Numbered from the stretch's first letter, positions 1 through 8,895 are shown. The stretch: 48,089 nucleotides of DNA from Promethearchaeota archaeon (GCA_016840085.1 JAEOTA010000074.1:1-48089), one strand, 5' to 3'. Made by a program: numbers and translations. The notes: generated by a model from the sequence alone, not told the origin.

Positions 1-118
1 ATAAAGAAAAAGTCAAAAAGTTAAAATCACGGGTTCTTTTTTAAGAAGTTGTGAATTTGTTTTTCTTTATATAGATTTAGTATAAGATCATATTAGATAC
101 ATATAAGGAGGTTATAGA

Positions 119-757
119 ATGAGGATTATTAAAGAAGGTAGATTAAAAGCTTCCGATGAATCTATTGAATTTTTTAAAAAATACTATAGAAGTATAGGAA
201 AAGTAAAATATTTTGTGCTTTATTATGCGGAAAGAGAATGGAAGATCAATCCAGATTTATATCATCAATATGTGATCGTCATAAGTGAGTATGCTCAATT
301 ATGGATGTCAGGTCTAACTTGGGGATATAATGGAACAGGACCGACAGATTTACGCGAGATAATGAATATGATTGATCCCGAGATTACCTGTAAACAGATT
401 ATAGATTTAGAGTGGATGGCCGATGATCCAATTGTGTTTGAAAATATGAATGGAAGACTGACTCTGAAGCCTTTCAATGACACAGTTCGTTCTTTACTGT
501 GCGACCAAGACAATAGATTACCATGGAGCATTAAAGGTTTTTATATAATTATTCTTATTATAAATCCTAATCGAAATGCAGTGAAAAGCTTCTTTCAAAC
601 GCTACCAGCCCAAACCACTCATCTAAATGGCTTCTTTCCGCATCCCCTATCTGATCCTCTTCCGCATTCGTTCTATGGGTTGAAAGTGTTATCACCCCAT
701 CGGAACGAGCCCATGAGCCGTCATTATCATTCGCAGAATTTTGCTTCACAAGGGTAA
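119..757 (+). CDS. Hypothetical protein with WGYxGTGP motif (DUF6166-like); C-terminal ~70 aa probably a spurious read-through
   Basis: Strong SD (aaggagg) before ATG. Motif LWMSGLTWGYNGTGPTDL. Composition changes after ...RLPWSIK, where the ORF runs antisense across the 567-893 fragment. Confidence 0.6.
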   Translation: MRIIKEGRLKASDESIEFFKKYYRSIGKVKYFVLYYAEREWKINPDLYHQYVIVISEYAQLWMSGLTWGYNGTGPTDLREIMNMIDPEITCKQIIDLEWMADDPIVFENMNGRLTLKPFNDTVRSLLCDQDNRLPWSIKGFYIIILIINPNRNAVKSFFQTLPAQTTHLNGFFPHPLSDPLPHSFYGLKVLSPHRNEPMSRHYHSQNFASQG

Positions 758-893
758 TTGGACATTGACTGAAATCATAATAGCTAAACTTGTGGCCATC
801 ATCATCCACGCCATCATTATCGCCGTCATTTTCCAAGATTGTCTCATAGGGTATCGTATTAATAGAACTTATGATTCCCGATTTCCTATGCAA
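567..893 (-). pseudogene. 3' fragment of an extracellular protein with an H-type-lectin-like repeat
   Basis: DFSQCPITLVKQNSANDNDGSWAR...EEDQIGDAERSHLDEWFGLVAFE resembles the C-terminal repeat of secreted lectin-like proteins. GC is higher than the flanks. An in-frame TAG lies 10 codons upstream; no SD or signal peptide. Confidence 0.45.
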
Positions 894-1063
894 AATTCCA
901 GAATGTAAGAGGTGTCCTGACTATATCTCATATGTAAAAAATTTCCCTTCAAAATATCATATTTTCTTTTTTCTTTAAATATTCCAAATTTAACTATCAC
1001 AAAAAAGTCTAAAGACAAAATAAGTTATATTGTTGCATTAGAAAAGATAGAAACCAAATCCAT

Positions 1064-1182
1064 GACTCCTATCAGACACCCTGGATTTTTGTCTTTTGGT
1101 AGTGTAAATTCTTACACGCTAATTTCGCCCTCCTACCCCTATGTTAGTTTGGACCTTCCATTAGGTCTTGCTGATAGGAGTC
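1064..1182. ncRNA. Candidate structured RNA (or MITE-like element) closed by a perfect 12-bp stem
   Basis: GACTCCTATCAG (1064-1075) is the exact reverse complement of CTGATAGGAGTC (1171-1182). Internal hairpins: GTGTAA/TTACAC (1102-1117) and GACCT/AGGTC (1152-1167). GC-rich island in AT-rich intergenic DNA. Confidence 0.4.
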
Positions 1183-1381
1183 GCCTTTTCCGATTAAATG
1201 AGAATATGCTTGCATCAAAATATTAAAGAATATATATTGACATGACATGTCCAAGCCTTAATAATATTCATTCATACTTCTCTAAAAAAGGAAGGGTTTG
1301 AATTAATAAATTTAGTTCCTGCTTTTATTCATAATTTACAACTCCCATCTAATTTAAATCATGTTAGAATATTAGATACAC

Positions 1382-1633
1382 TTGATGGTTAGTAAAAGCG
1401 ATAAGTGTAAACAAGCCAGAAGGGAGTTAATCCAACAAGCTTTAGATGAGATTTGTGAGACACCGGATTTTAACAGTCTTTACAGCAGAACATATTGCGT
1501 ACTCGCAAAATTCTGGCTTCATATAAAAGCAGAAAAGGAAAATCTATTCAAAGCAGAAGAATGGTCTAATCCTAAAGGTAGAGATGAGTTATTAAAAAAA
1601 ATTAAGGAATTTTTAATTAAACATATACGATAA
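1382..1633 (+). CDS. Small helical hypothetical protein
   Basis: 83-aa ORF with normal composition; probable start ATG 1385. Confidence 0.6.
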   Translation: MMVSKSDKCKQARRELIQQALDEICETPDFNSLYSRTYCVLAKFWLHIKAEKENLFKAEEWSNPKGRDELLKKIKEFLIKHIR

Positions 1634-1899
1634 TCTAAAAATAAGAACAAAACACTAATATATACCTACTATACGGCTACTTCATCCATCCATATATGCC
1701 TACTTCGACCATACCTATAAAGAACTGACCACTTGACAATGGTTCTTACTAGTGAAGTTCCAATGCATTTTATTTTTTATCAATAATTATAATATAATTT
1801 AGAATATATATTTTTTACATAAAAGACAATAAATTTTCTATCCAAGAAAATTATAATAATAATATAAAATATTTAAAATGATTCTTAATACGATAAAAT

Positions 1900-2070
1900 A
1901 TGAGAAAAGAGAAGACGATCTTTACTTTAGAAAATGTTAAATTATCTTCAATGGGCCCAGATACAATAGTTTACATTCCACGTGCTTTAATTAAGCATAA
2001 AGTTCTTGATCCTAATAAAATCTATAATATTCATTTCGAGGAAGTATCAGATGAGGATCACGGAAAATAG
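1900..2070 (+). CDS. 56-aa AbrB/MazE-like (swapped-hairpin) DNA-binding microprotein, not in ORF track
   Basis: Hand translation MRKEKTIFTLENVKLSSMGPDTIVYIPRALIKHKVLDPNKIYNIHFEEVSDEDHGK*. The pattern K-x3-G-x3-VYIP-x2-L...Y-x-I-x-F is typical of AbrB-like folds. Confidence 0.6.
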   Translation: MRKEKTIFTLENVKLSSMGPDTIVYIPRALIKHKVLDPNKIYNIHFEEVSDEDHGK

Positions 2071-2612
2071 GATTGTTTTTCTTCTCGATATGAGCAATGT
2101 TTAATAATCGTGAATTCTATATTATTATCTTCTAAAATTTTGACCATATTTGGATGATAATCTAATGCTATTTTCTTTTCTTCTTTGATTCTAATTGACT
2201 TAGGACTATAGATTTCATCAATAGGCTCCCTTAAGTGGATATAGCTTGATAAATATGCTGATTTATTATTATATTCAATATTGCAAATGTGATTTTCGAT
2301 TGGGATTATGATTTTATCCTTTCTTACTCCTTTAAATCGTACTGATACAGTTTTTTTATCATCTTCAATTTTAAAGTTTTTCACTAAATAAGGTAAATCA
2401 TCAGGATAAACTATTTTATAGAATTCTCGTTTCTTCCATTTTAGAATGTCATCTTTAGTATACCCAAAGATTTCTGTAAATCGTTTATTAAAGTACTTTA
2501 AAAATCCTCTCTGGATTATTAGAACTCCCATTATAGAATTATCTGCAACCCTGAGAAATGTTTCACTTCTCAATCGTGTAGTAAATTCCCCCTTTGTATT
2601 TATATCTGACAT
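2058..2612 (-). CDS. Stand-alone PAS domain protein (start revised to ATG 2612, MSDINTKG...)
   Basis: PAS signature NSIMGVLIIQ...YFNKRFTEIFGYTKDDI...VYPDD...RKD. No kinase domain. The N-terminus aligns with the paralog starting at 48028. Confidence 0.8.
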   Translation of the reverse strand: MSDINTKGEFTTRLRSETFLRVADNSIMGVLIIQRGFLKYFNKRFTEIFGYTKDDILKWKKREFYKIVYPDDLPYLVKNFKIEDDKKTVSVRFKGVRKDKIIIPIENHICNIEYNNKSAYLSSYIHLREPIDEIYSPKSIRIKEEKKIALDYHPNMVKILEDNNIEFTIIKHCSYREEKQSYFP

Positions 2613-2821
2613 TTTTTGCATTCTTTTATCTTCTGAGATTTTTTTGTCTAAAAAATTCCCTAATATATAAATTGATGATTTAATTTTAAATATTTTTGCC
2701 TTATTTAGTGATTTAATCGCCAATAATATTACAGAATTCATTTTATTTATCCTTTTTCAGATTGAACATTATGGTCCTATACGAGTTTTAGAAATTGCAA
2801 TCATTGACAGAAAGGTGAGAA

Positions 2822-2885
2822 GATTTATATACAAAAACTACTTAATGATCTATGGGATTTCTTATAGAAGTCCTTATAGAAATCT
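2822..2885 (+). promoter_or_regulatory. TATA box plus three 12-bp tandem repeats (copy 1)
   Basis: GATTTATATACAAAA (2822-2836), then CTATGGGATTTC / TTATAGAAGTCC / TTATAGAAATCT (2850-2885). Homologous to the reverse complement of 47780-47850. Confidence 0.6.
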
Positions 2886-2938
2886 AAATAAAATTTCAAA
2901 AATCTCCAAATATAAACAATATAAAGGAGTTGATGCGA

Positions 2939-3676
2939 ATGGCAAAAGAAATTTCGAAAATGATATTAGATGGAGAGGAATATTCGATATCTGAAGACCA
3001 GAAACATATTACGGGGCCTAAGAAGAAGTATACACAAGAAGATTTTAAAGAAGAAAAAGGAAAAAAAATACCTTTTTTAATAGCACCACCAGAAACAGCC
3101 AAAGATGGAATTATTTATGGTTTTTCTGATGAAGAGAAAATGGAAAAATGGTTAAAGGAAAAAAATCTGTTTAAAGAACATGAAAAACACAAAGAATTGA
3201 TGAAGAAAATTAAGAAAGAAAGATCCCCTGAAGAACTTGAGAAGATTAAACAATACCAAATTAAACAAGTAGAAAAAGATACTAAAAAATTCACCGAAAT
3301 CTTAGAGAAGCATAATCTAAAACCTGAACAAATCGACGAGTTAGAAAAGTTATCAGAAGATTATGATCCACATTTCAAACAAAAACCACGTAGTTTGTAT
3401 CTCTATGATCGTGTGTGGTGGGGGGGTCTGTATATAAAACTTAGAGGAGGACATCAATATTGTGGCAAGAGATATTCAATAGCTTATCCAGATCTTGGTT
3501 ATTTTGGCTTTGATAACAAAGCATCTTCACTAAAGATTAATTGCAGTAGCTATGGTTATATTTATACAGATAAATGGTATAAAGGAGCTTATTTTTATTT
3601 TTGGGTTAATCTACATGATTTAAATTTTTGGGGCTGGGGTTTCGGGAATTCTATATCATCTGCAATAGTATATTAG
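2939..3676 (+). CDS. Protein with a highly charged N-terminal region and a C-terminal beta/gamma-crystallin-like (inhibitor I36 / killer-toxin-like) domain
   Basis: Two Greek-key-type motifs: LYLYDRVWWGG...YPDLGYFGFDNKASSLKI and IYTDKWYKG...LHDLNFWGWGFGNSISSAIV. SD aaggag. Confidence 0.65.
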   Translation: MAKEISKMILDGEEYSISEDQKHITGPKKKYTQEDFKEEKGKKIPFLIAPPETAKDGIIYGFSDEEKMEKWLKEKNLFKEHEKHKELMKKIKKERSPEELEKIKQYQIKQVEKDTKKFTEILEKHNLKPEQIDELEKLSEDYDPHFKQKPRSLYLYDRVWWGGLYIKLRGGHQYCGKRYSIAYPDLGYFGFDNKASSLKINCSSYGYIYTDKWYKGAYFYFWVNLHDLNFWGWGFGNSISSAIVY

Positions 3677-4021
3677 AGCAACATAGTAACTGATTATTAG
3701 CTTGATAACTAATTATTAATCAATTTTTCTCTATCTATATTCCGTAATTAAAAATGTAAATGTTTGCATATTTGAATGTTTCTATAAAAATAGGGAAGAG
3801 AAATTTATTCAAAGATAATGTGAGCTAAACATTGGATTTCGCCCTTTATTAAACTCTATTGAGTTTAATCTCTCCCTGATATTTTTTAATTGCTCAAATT
3901 TCTTTTCTCTTCCCTTCTCTTTATGTCAGAATGTAGATAAATAACAAAAATTAAATTTAAATAAGTCGGGATATGGGATTAATATATTCTCAATACTACT
4001 TTTTGGAAATTTATTTTATAA

Positions 4022-4053
4022 ATGTGTACAAATATAAGTATGAGTACAAATAT
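4022..4053 (+). repeat. 14-bp direct repeat with 18-bp period (candidate operator)
   Basis: ATGTGTACAAATAT (4022-4035) and ATGAGTACAAATAT (4040-4053), 13/14 identical, just upstream of the 4080 microprotein. Confidence 0.5.
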
Positions 4054-4079
4054 TAATACACGGAAAGGAAGTGACTTAA

Positions 4080-4247
4080 ATAAGGCTAAAAGTATGTTTT
4101 AAATGTCATGAATACATACCTATTCTTGAGGATAATTATATCAATAAAGAAAAATTGGAAAAGTTTGATTCATTACATTTTGGCCATCCTGTTCAGATTG
4201 TAAATGAAGAAGAATTAGGGAATAAAAGAGAATGGAAACCATTTTAA
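4080..4247 (+). CDS. 55-aa CxxC...HxxH zinc-binding microprotein (copy 1, ATA start), not in ORF track
   Basis: IRLKVCFKCHEYIPILEDNYINKEKLEKFDSLHFGHPVQIVNEEELGNKREWKPF*. 41/55 identical to 46910-47080. SD-like ggaagtga; in-frame TAA directly before ATA. Confidence 0.8.
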   Translation: MRLKVCFKCHEYIPILEDNYINKEKLEKFDSLHFGHPVQIVNEEELGNKREWKPF

Positions 4248-4439
4248 TGAAAAGAAAATAGAATTAAGGTGCTAACTTTTATTAGTAAATTTGCTAAGAT
4301 TTTAGAATAATCTTTATCTTGCTAGAGAATTATCGCTTTAGTTATATCATTAAGAAAATTAAAAATGAAGGGACATAAAAAATAGTTAAGAAAAAGAAAG
4401 AAAAGGAAAGTTTAAAGAAGTAACTAAGGTAGGTGAGGC

Positions 4440-4562
4440 ATAATAGCTCAATTATCATACAACAGATATACACATCGCTATTGTAAGAAAGCTAAATGTA
4501 TCTTTTGTGAAAATGAATCACGCCCAGTATGTAGAAAAGGTGTTTATCTTTTTCTATTATAA
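4440..4562 (+). CDS. Candidate ~40-aa four-cysteine microprotein (ATA start)
   Basis: IIAQLSYNRYTHRYCKKAKCIFCENESRPVCRKGVYLFLL* behind SD aggtaggtgagg. No ATG/GTG/TTG in frame. Confidence 0.4.
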   Translation: MIAQLSYNRYTHRYCKKAKCIFCENESRPVCRKGVYLFLL

Positions 4563-4607
4563 TAGTAAAATCAAATTTTATCGAAGAAAGAACTTTATTT
4601 CACTAAT

Positions 4608-5036
4608 CTAGACAGTTTTTTTCATATATTTAAATAGAGTTTTAAGAATCTTATTTTGTAATACCAAACCAATTAGTTCATTATTTTCATTTACGACTGG
4701 AAGACGTTGTATTTTTTTTTCTAACATTATCTCTAATACCTGTATTAATGTATCGTTTATTTTTACGACAAAAGGTTCTGCAGTCATTAAATCTTTAACT
4801 TTTGTGTTAGGGGATTCTAGATTCATAGCAAATCTAGCTAAACGTATGTCTCTTTGAGTGATAATGCCAATTAATTCTTTGGTTTTAGGATTATTTACAA
4901 CAGGAAGCCCTCCTATATTTTTTCTTACCATTAAAAGTTCTGTAATACTAATTTTCTCATCAGGGGTTACAAAGACGGGATTTTTAATCATAATATCTTT
5001 TACTTTTATTTCAATGAATTGTCCTAAGCGGTCCAT
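4608..5036 (-). CDS. CBS domain pair protein
   Basis: VKDIM..P..V...IGGLPVV...LIGIITQRD and VKDLM...IQRLPVVNENNELIGLV. Confidence 0.9.
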   Translation of the reverse strand: MDRLGQFIEIKVKDIMIKNPVFVTPDEKISITELLMVRKNIGGLPVVNNPKTKELIGIITQRDIRLARFAMNLESPNTKVKDLMTAEPFVVKINDTLIQVLEIMLEKKIQRLPVVNENNELIGLVLQNKILKTLFKYMKKTV

Positions 5037-5103
5037 GATTAAAAATATGATTTTTTATTTACTCCTAACAAAAATAATAATTTGTGAAATTAAAATTTAT
5101 TTA

Positions 5104-5490
5104 TTAGTTTGCTCTTATTGTTTCTCTTAGTTTTTGTTCGATTTTTTCAATTTCTTTGAAATAATCATTATAGGTTTTCAAAAGATATTGACCCCAATTA
5201 TTTAATTTAACCCAACCTCCACCACCACTTCCTCCTTTACCAGTTATCACCACAGACATCCCTGTTCTTTTTTCAATTCTCTTTAAAATATTCCATGCAT
5301 ATTTATAAGAATAATTACACTCTTTAGCTGCTTGAGTTAATGAACCATCTTTCTTTCTTTCAATATTTTCAAGTAACTTAGCCCACCCCGCACCTAAAAT
5401 ACTTTTATTCTCAAATTTTAGCCAAAATTTTATTCCATAACTGATTTTAGATTTTAATTTTTCAATTTTGGGTTCATTTTCATTTGCCAT
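5104..5490 (-). CDS. ModE-family N-terminal winged-helix regulator
   Basis: KFWL...LGAG..KLLENI...GSLTQAAKECNYSYKYAWNILKRIE...GKGGSGGGG, the classic ModE N-terminal HTH. Confidence 0.85.
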   Translation of the reverse strand: MANENEPKIEKLKSKISYGIKFWLKFENKSILGAGWAKLLENIERKKDGSLTQAAKECNYSYKYAWNILKRIEKRTGMSVVITGKGGSGGGGWVKLNNWGQYLLKTYNDYFKEIEKIEQKLRETIRAN

Positions 5491-5591
5491 AATTATTATT
5501 TATTTATTTTCTAAATTTATATCTTTTAACAGAAAAAGATTAAAACAAGGGTAATTTTATTCGTTTAAAAGAAAGCTTGGAGTGAAATATT

Positions 5592-6341
5592 GTGTTCTTT
5601 TTTAAGGATGAATCTGAAAAAACAGGTAAAGAAGTTATCAAAAACCTATATTACTTCTCAGAAAATCAAATGCTCGATTGTAATCAATATATTATTGAAG
5701 ATCAGAGCTCTAATGAGTTAATTTTATTTGATGCTGGAAATGGAATTTCAATGAAAGGTTTATTTAAAGGTATGGAAAAATTTAAGCTAAATTATGAAAA
5801 TATTACAAAGGTGTTTTTAACGCATGAACATGTTGATCATGTATTGGGTGTCTACAAACTAATGAAACTTTTGGAGGATAATCCTCCAGAGATTTTTGCT
5901 TATGGAGAGACTGCAAAAATACTAGAAAAAGGAGAGGAAAGAAAGATTTTACCTGTATTTTTTGGTTTAACTGCAAGAAGATTCGAAGTTGAGATTATTC
6001 CTCTGAAAATTAATGATTTAAGTCATCTAAAAGAGATTGAAATATCACCAGAATTTAAATTTGAAATAATATATACACCAGGTCATTCTTTAGGTTCAAT
6101 ATGTTATTATGAATCTGAAAAAAAAGTGTTAATCCCTGGAGATTTAGTCTTTATAGGAGGTAGTTTTGGGAGATATGATTTTCCGGGAGGATCATTGAAT
6201 ACATTAATAAATTCAATAAAAAATGTAAATAATTTGGATGTAAAGTATTTGCTTCCTGGTCATATGGGGATAAGTGATCAGGGTAACCAGCAAATTGCTT
6301 ATTCTTATAGAATGATACAATCTATTAATTCCTTTTATTAA
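5592..6341 (+). CDS. MBL-fold metallo-hydrolase (glyoxalase II-like)
   Basis: THEHVDH, TPGHSLGS, GDLVF, GRYDFPGG, PGH motifs. Confidence 0.9.
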   Translation: MFFFKDESEKTGKEVIKNLYYFSENQMLDCNQYIIEDQSSNELILFDAGNGISMKGLFKGMEKFKLNYENITKVFLTHEHVDHVLGVYKLMKLLEDNPPEIFAYGETAKILEKGEERKILPVFFGLTARRFEVEIIPLKINDLSHLKEIEISPEFKFEIIYTPGHSLGSICYYESEKKVLIPGDLVFIGGSFGRYDFPGGSLNTLINSIKNVNNLDVKYLLPGHMGISDQGNQQIAYSYRMIQSINSFY

Positions 6342-6486
6342 GTACTACAAAAAGGCTAAAATTGGGAATTAAATTTATCCCTGCTAATTTATTATAAGTT
6401 AGTAGTAATTTTTTTTAATTTAAGTATCATATAAAATTTTGAGAAATACATTATTTATTAAATTAAAATATGACGTTCTGATTATA

Positions 6487-7152
6487 ATGGGAGAACAAAT
6501 AGAAAATAAAGAGAATTTTTTAGGAAAAGATGAAATTATCTTAAGAAGTTTTCCAAAAGCGATATTTTTTACTCCTTTATTTGTGATTTCGATTGTCTTT
6601 TGGATTATTCAGGCTTTTCTACCAACCCTGAATCCGTGGTTAGGGTCAATTTGGGTTATTATATTTTTCTCAAATTTTGCTGTATCATCGTTGGATTTTC
6701 CATCAACTCGATTTTTAATAATAATTTTAGGAACTCTTATTGCGGTGCTGCTTCTAATATTTCTTGGTTTGATTCCCATTTTGGCGCAATTAAGTTCAAG
6801 TATAAACTTAGGATTACCCGCAGAGTTTTACATGATATTGACCATAATTCTAGGTATAATTTTAGGTTTAGTTATTCTTAGTTCAAGATTTGATTATTAT
6901 AAAATCGAAAGAAATGAAATAATTCATAAAAAAGGCATTTATTCTACACATATTGAGCGATTTCCAGTAAGAGGATTACGAATTAAAAAAGAAATTCCAG
7001 ACATATTTGAATATCTAATGTTTAGAGCAGGATCATTAACTCTAATATTTTCCAAAGGTGAAATCGCTCATTTAAATACTGTTCTCAATGTTAAAAAAAA
7101 AGCTGAACAGATTGATTTTCTCTTAAGTAGTTTGCACGTGATGATTGAATAA
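6487..7152 (+). CDS. 4-TM membrane protein with C-terminal soluble (bacterial PH-like) domain, paralog 1
   Basis: Four hydrophobic segments, then YYKIERNEIIHKKG...KKEIPDIFE...AGSL. Start revised to ATG 6487. Clearly paralogous to 7373-8044. Confidence 0.7.
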   Translation: MGEQIENKENFLGKDEIILRSFPKAIFFTPLFVISIVFWIIQAFLPTLNPWLGSIWVIIFFSNFAVSSLDFPSTRFLIIILGTLIAVLLLIFLGLIPILAQLSSSINLGLPAEFYMILTIILGIILGLVILSSRFDYYKIERNEIIHKKGIYSTHIERFPVRGLRIKKEIPDIFEYLMFRAGSLTLIFSKGEIAHLNTVLNVKKKAEQIDFLLSSLHVMIE

Positions 7153-7372
7153 CTAATAGATAAAAAGAAAACTACCAGTATAGAAAAATAACATTATTTT
7201 TTAAAGCTCTTTTTTATAAATTTATGAAGATTAAATGAAGAATAAAATCAGTTCGATTAACTTTTAAGTTAACTCTATAAGATACTAATATTTAAATAAC
7301 ACATCTATCTATTATTTTAATAATCCTTTCTTTATTAAAAAAATATAAACGTAAAATATAAGTGGAAAATTT

Positions 7373-8044
7373 ATGACTGAAACTGAAAAAAAGGTCAAAT
7401 ATCCTAACGAGATCTACATACGATCTTATCCGAAAATAATTTTCTTCTGGCCATTGCTCATCACAAGCTTCATTTTATGGATGATTCAAGCGTTTATCGA
7501 TCCAAATTCAGTGTTAGGATATGTTTGGTTTATAGTTTTCTTTGTAAATATATTCGTAACTGCTTTTGATTTCTCCTCGACCAAATTCTTTGTATTAATA
7601 TTAGCTATTGTTATTGTCATCTTAGTTGTAATTTTCTTAGTTTTGCCAAATTTCGCAGTAAATATTGGAGGATTGCCTAGACTCGATCTAGGTTTACCAT
7701 GGACGTTCTACATGTTGATGACTATAATCTTGGCTATAATATTGGGGATTGTAATTATTAGCACCAGATTCGAATATTTTAAAATTGAGAGAAACGAGAT
7801 TATTCATAAAACAGGAGTTTTTAGCTCAGCTGAGAGATTTCCAGTGAAAAGTTTACGATTTAAAAAAGAAATTCCTGATGTGTTTGAGTTCTTCATGCTA
7901 CGGGCCGGTAAACTAACAATAATGCCAGGAAAGGCAGATGAGGTCATGATCCTTAATACAGTGCTCAATATTAATAAAAAGGAAGAACAATTAGATTGGC
8001 TCTTAAGCCATGTTTCTGTTGAGCCTGATGAAATTGATTCTTAA
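7373..8044 (+). CDS. 4-TM membrane protein with C-terminal soluble (bacterial PH-like) domain, paralog 2
   Basis: RSYPKIIFF...YFKIERNEIIHKTG...ERFPV...KKEIPDVFE; colinear with the upstream paralog. Confidence 0.75.
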   Translation: MTETEKKVKYPNEIYIRSYPKIIFFWPLLITSFILWMIQAFIDPNSVLGYVWFIVFFVNIFVTAFDFSSTKFFVLILAIVIVILVVIFLVLPNFAVNIGGLPRLDLGLPWTFYMLMTIILAIILGIVIISTRFEYFKIERNEIIHKTGVFSSAERFPVKSLRFKKEIPDVFEFFMLRAGKLTIMPGKADEVMILNTVLNINKKEEQLDWLLSHVSVEPDEIDS

Positions 8045-8150
8045 GCGATTCTAAAAATTTATTTATTATTTTTTTTTAATTTTTTATTCTTTTGAAGGTA
8101 GAATAAATATAGATAAATTTAATTATTAAATCGCACTTTTTAATACACCC

Positions 8151-8876
8151 ATGTCCCATCTACCTATAGTTTTATTAGATTTTGATGGTGTTATTATAAC
8201 ACAAAAATCTCTTGAATATACAGCTTCAATTTTTTTAAAAAAGAAATTTTATAAATGGAAAAATACCGAACACATGAGACTGATTGATTTTGCAAGGCTT
8301 TTTGAAGAAGCGGATTCAGAAAATAAGATATTAGCATTAAAAAGGATAGTCAAAATCTATAAAAAATATATCCCTAGTAGATGGAGGAGAATTCTATTTT
8401 TTATAAGATTCCGGGGAACTTATCCTAAATTTGAGAAATACGAAACTTTTAAACCAGAATTGGAAGAAGTTTTGAGAAAATTAAAAAAAAATAATATACC
8501 ACTAGCAATAGTGTCTAATACAAGAAGGAAAAGACTAAATCATTTTAGACAAAAATTAAATTTAGATAAATATATTTCTGTTTTTATTTCTCGAGACGAT
8601 ACCCCTTTTAGGAAACCAAGTGCCTATCCTATATATATTGCCCTTAATAAAATCAAGGAAAACAATAAATTATCAATAAATAAAGAATTGGTTTATTATG
8701 TTGGTGATCTTCCTCAAGATATTTTATGTGCAAAGAACGCAAAAATCAATAGCATAGCTTTATTATCTGGTCATGGAACTAAAGAAGGTTTAGAAAAAGT
8801 AAAACCTACTTTTTTGCTCAAAAATATTAATAGTATCGTAGAAATTAGAGAAATAAAAAAATTCTTATTAAATTAA
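8151..8876 (+). CDS. HAD-family hydrolase (phosphoglycolate phosphatase-like)
   Basis: DFDG motif I, IVSN motif II, RKP motif III, YVGDLPQDI motif IV. Confidence 0.9.
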   Translation: MSHLPIVLLDFDGVIITQKSLEYTASIFLKKKFYKWKNTEHMRLIDFARLFEEADSENKILALKRIVKIYKKYIPSRWRRILFFIRFRGTYPKFEKYETFKPELEEVLRKLKKNNIPLAIVSNTRRKRLNHFRQKLNLDKYISVFISRDDTPFRKPSAYPIYIALNKIKENNKLSINKELVYYVGDLPQDILCAKNAKINSIALLSGHGTKEGLEKVKPTFLLKNINSIVEIREIKKFLLN

Positions 8877-8895
8877 GTACTATATTACTTTAAAT

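Noticed and set aside
1062-1186. Fluoride riboswitch, SAM-I, SECIS, hammerhead or twister identity for the structured element
   Set aside because: ATGACTCCTA resembles the fluoride riboswitch 3' end, but the GGYGATGGxGTTCRCC part is not upstream. CTGATAG is not CUGANGA. No SECIS GA quartet or twister P2 pairing.
3757-3800. Weak nucleotide similarity to the FECSSKTG region of the 47109 GTPase (possible remnant of a lost GTPase in the left module)
   Set aside because: Only ~24 nt of AT-rich similarity; cannot be separated from chance by eye.
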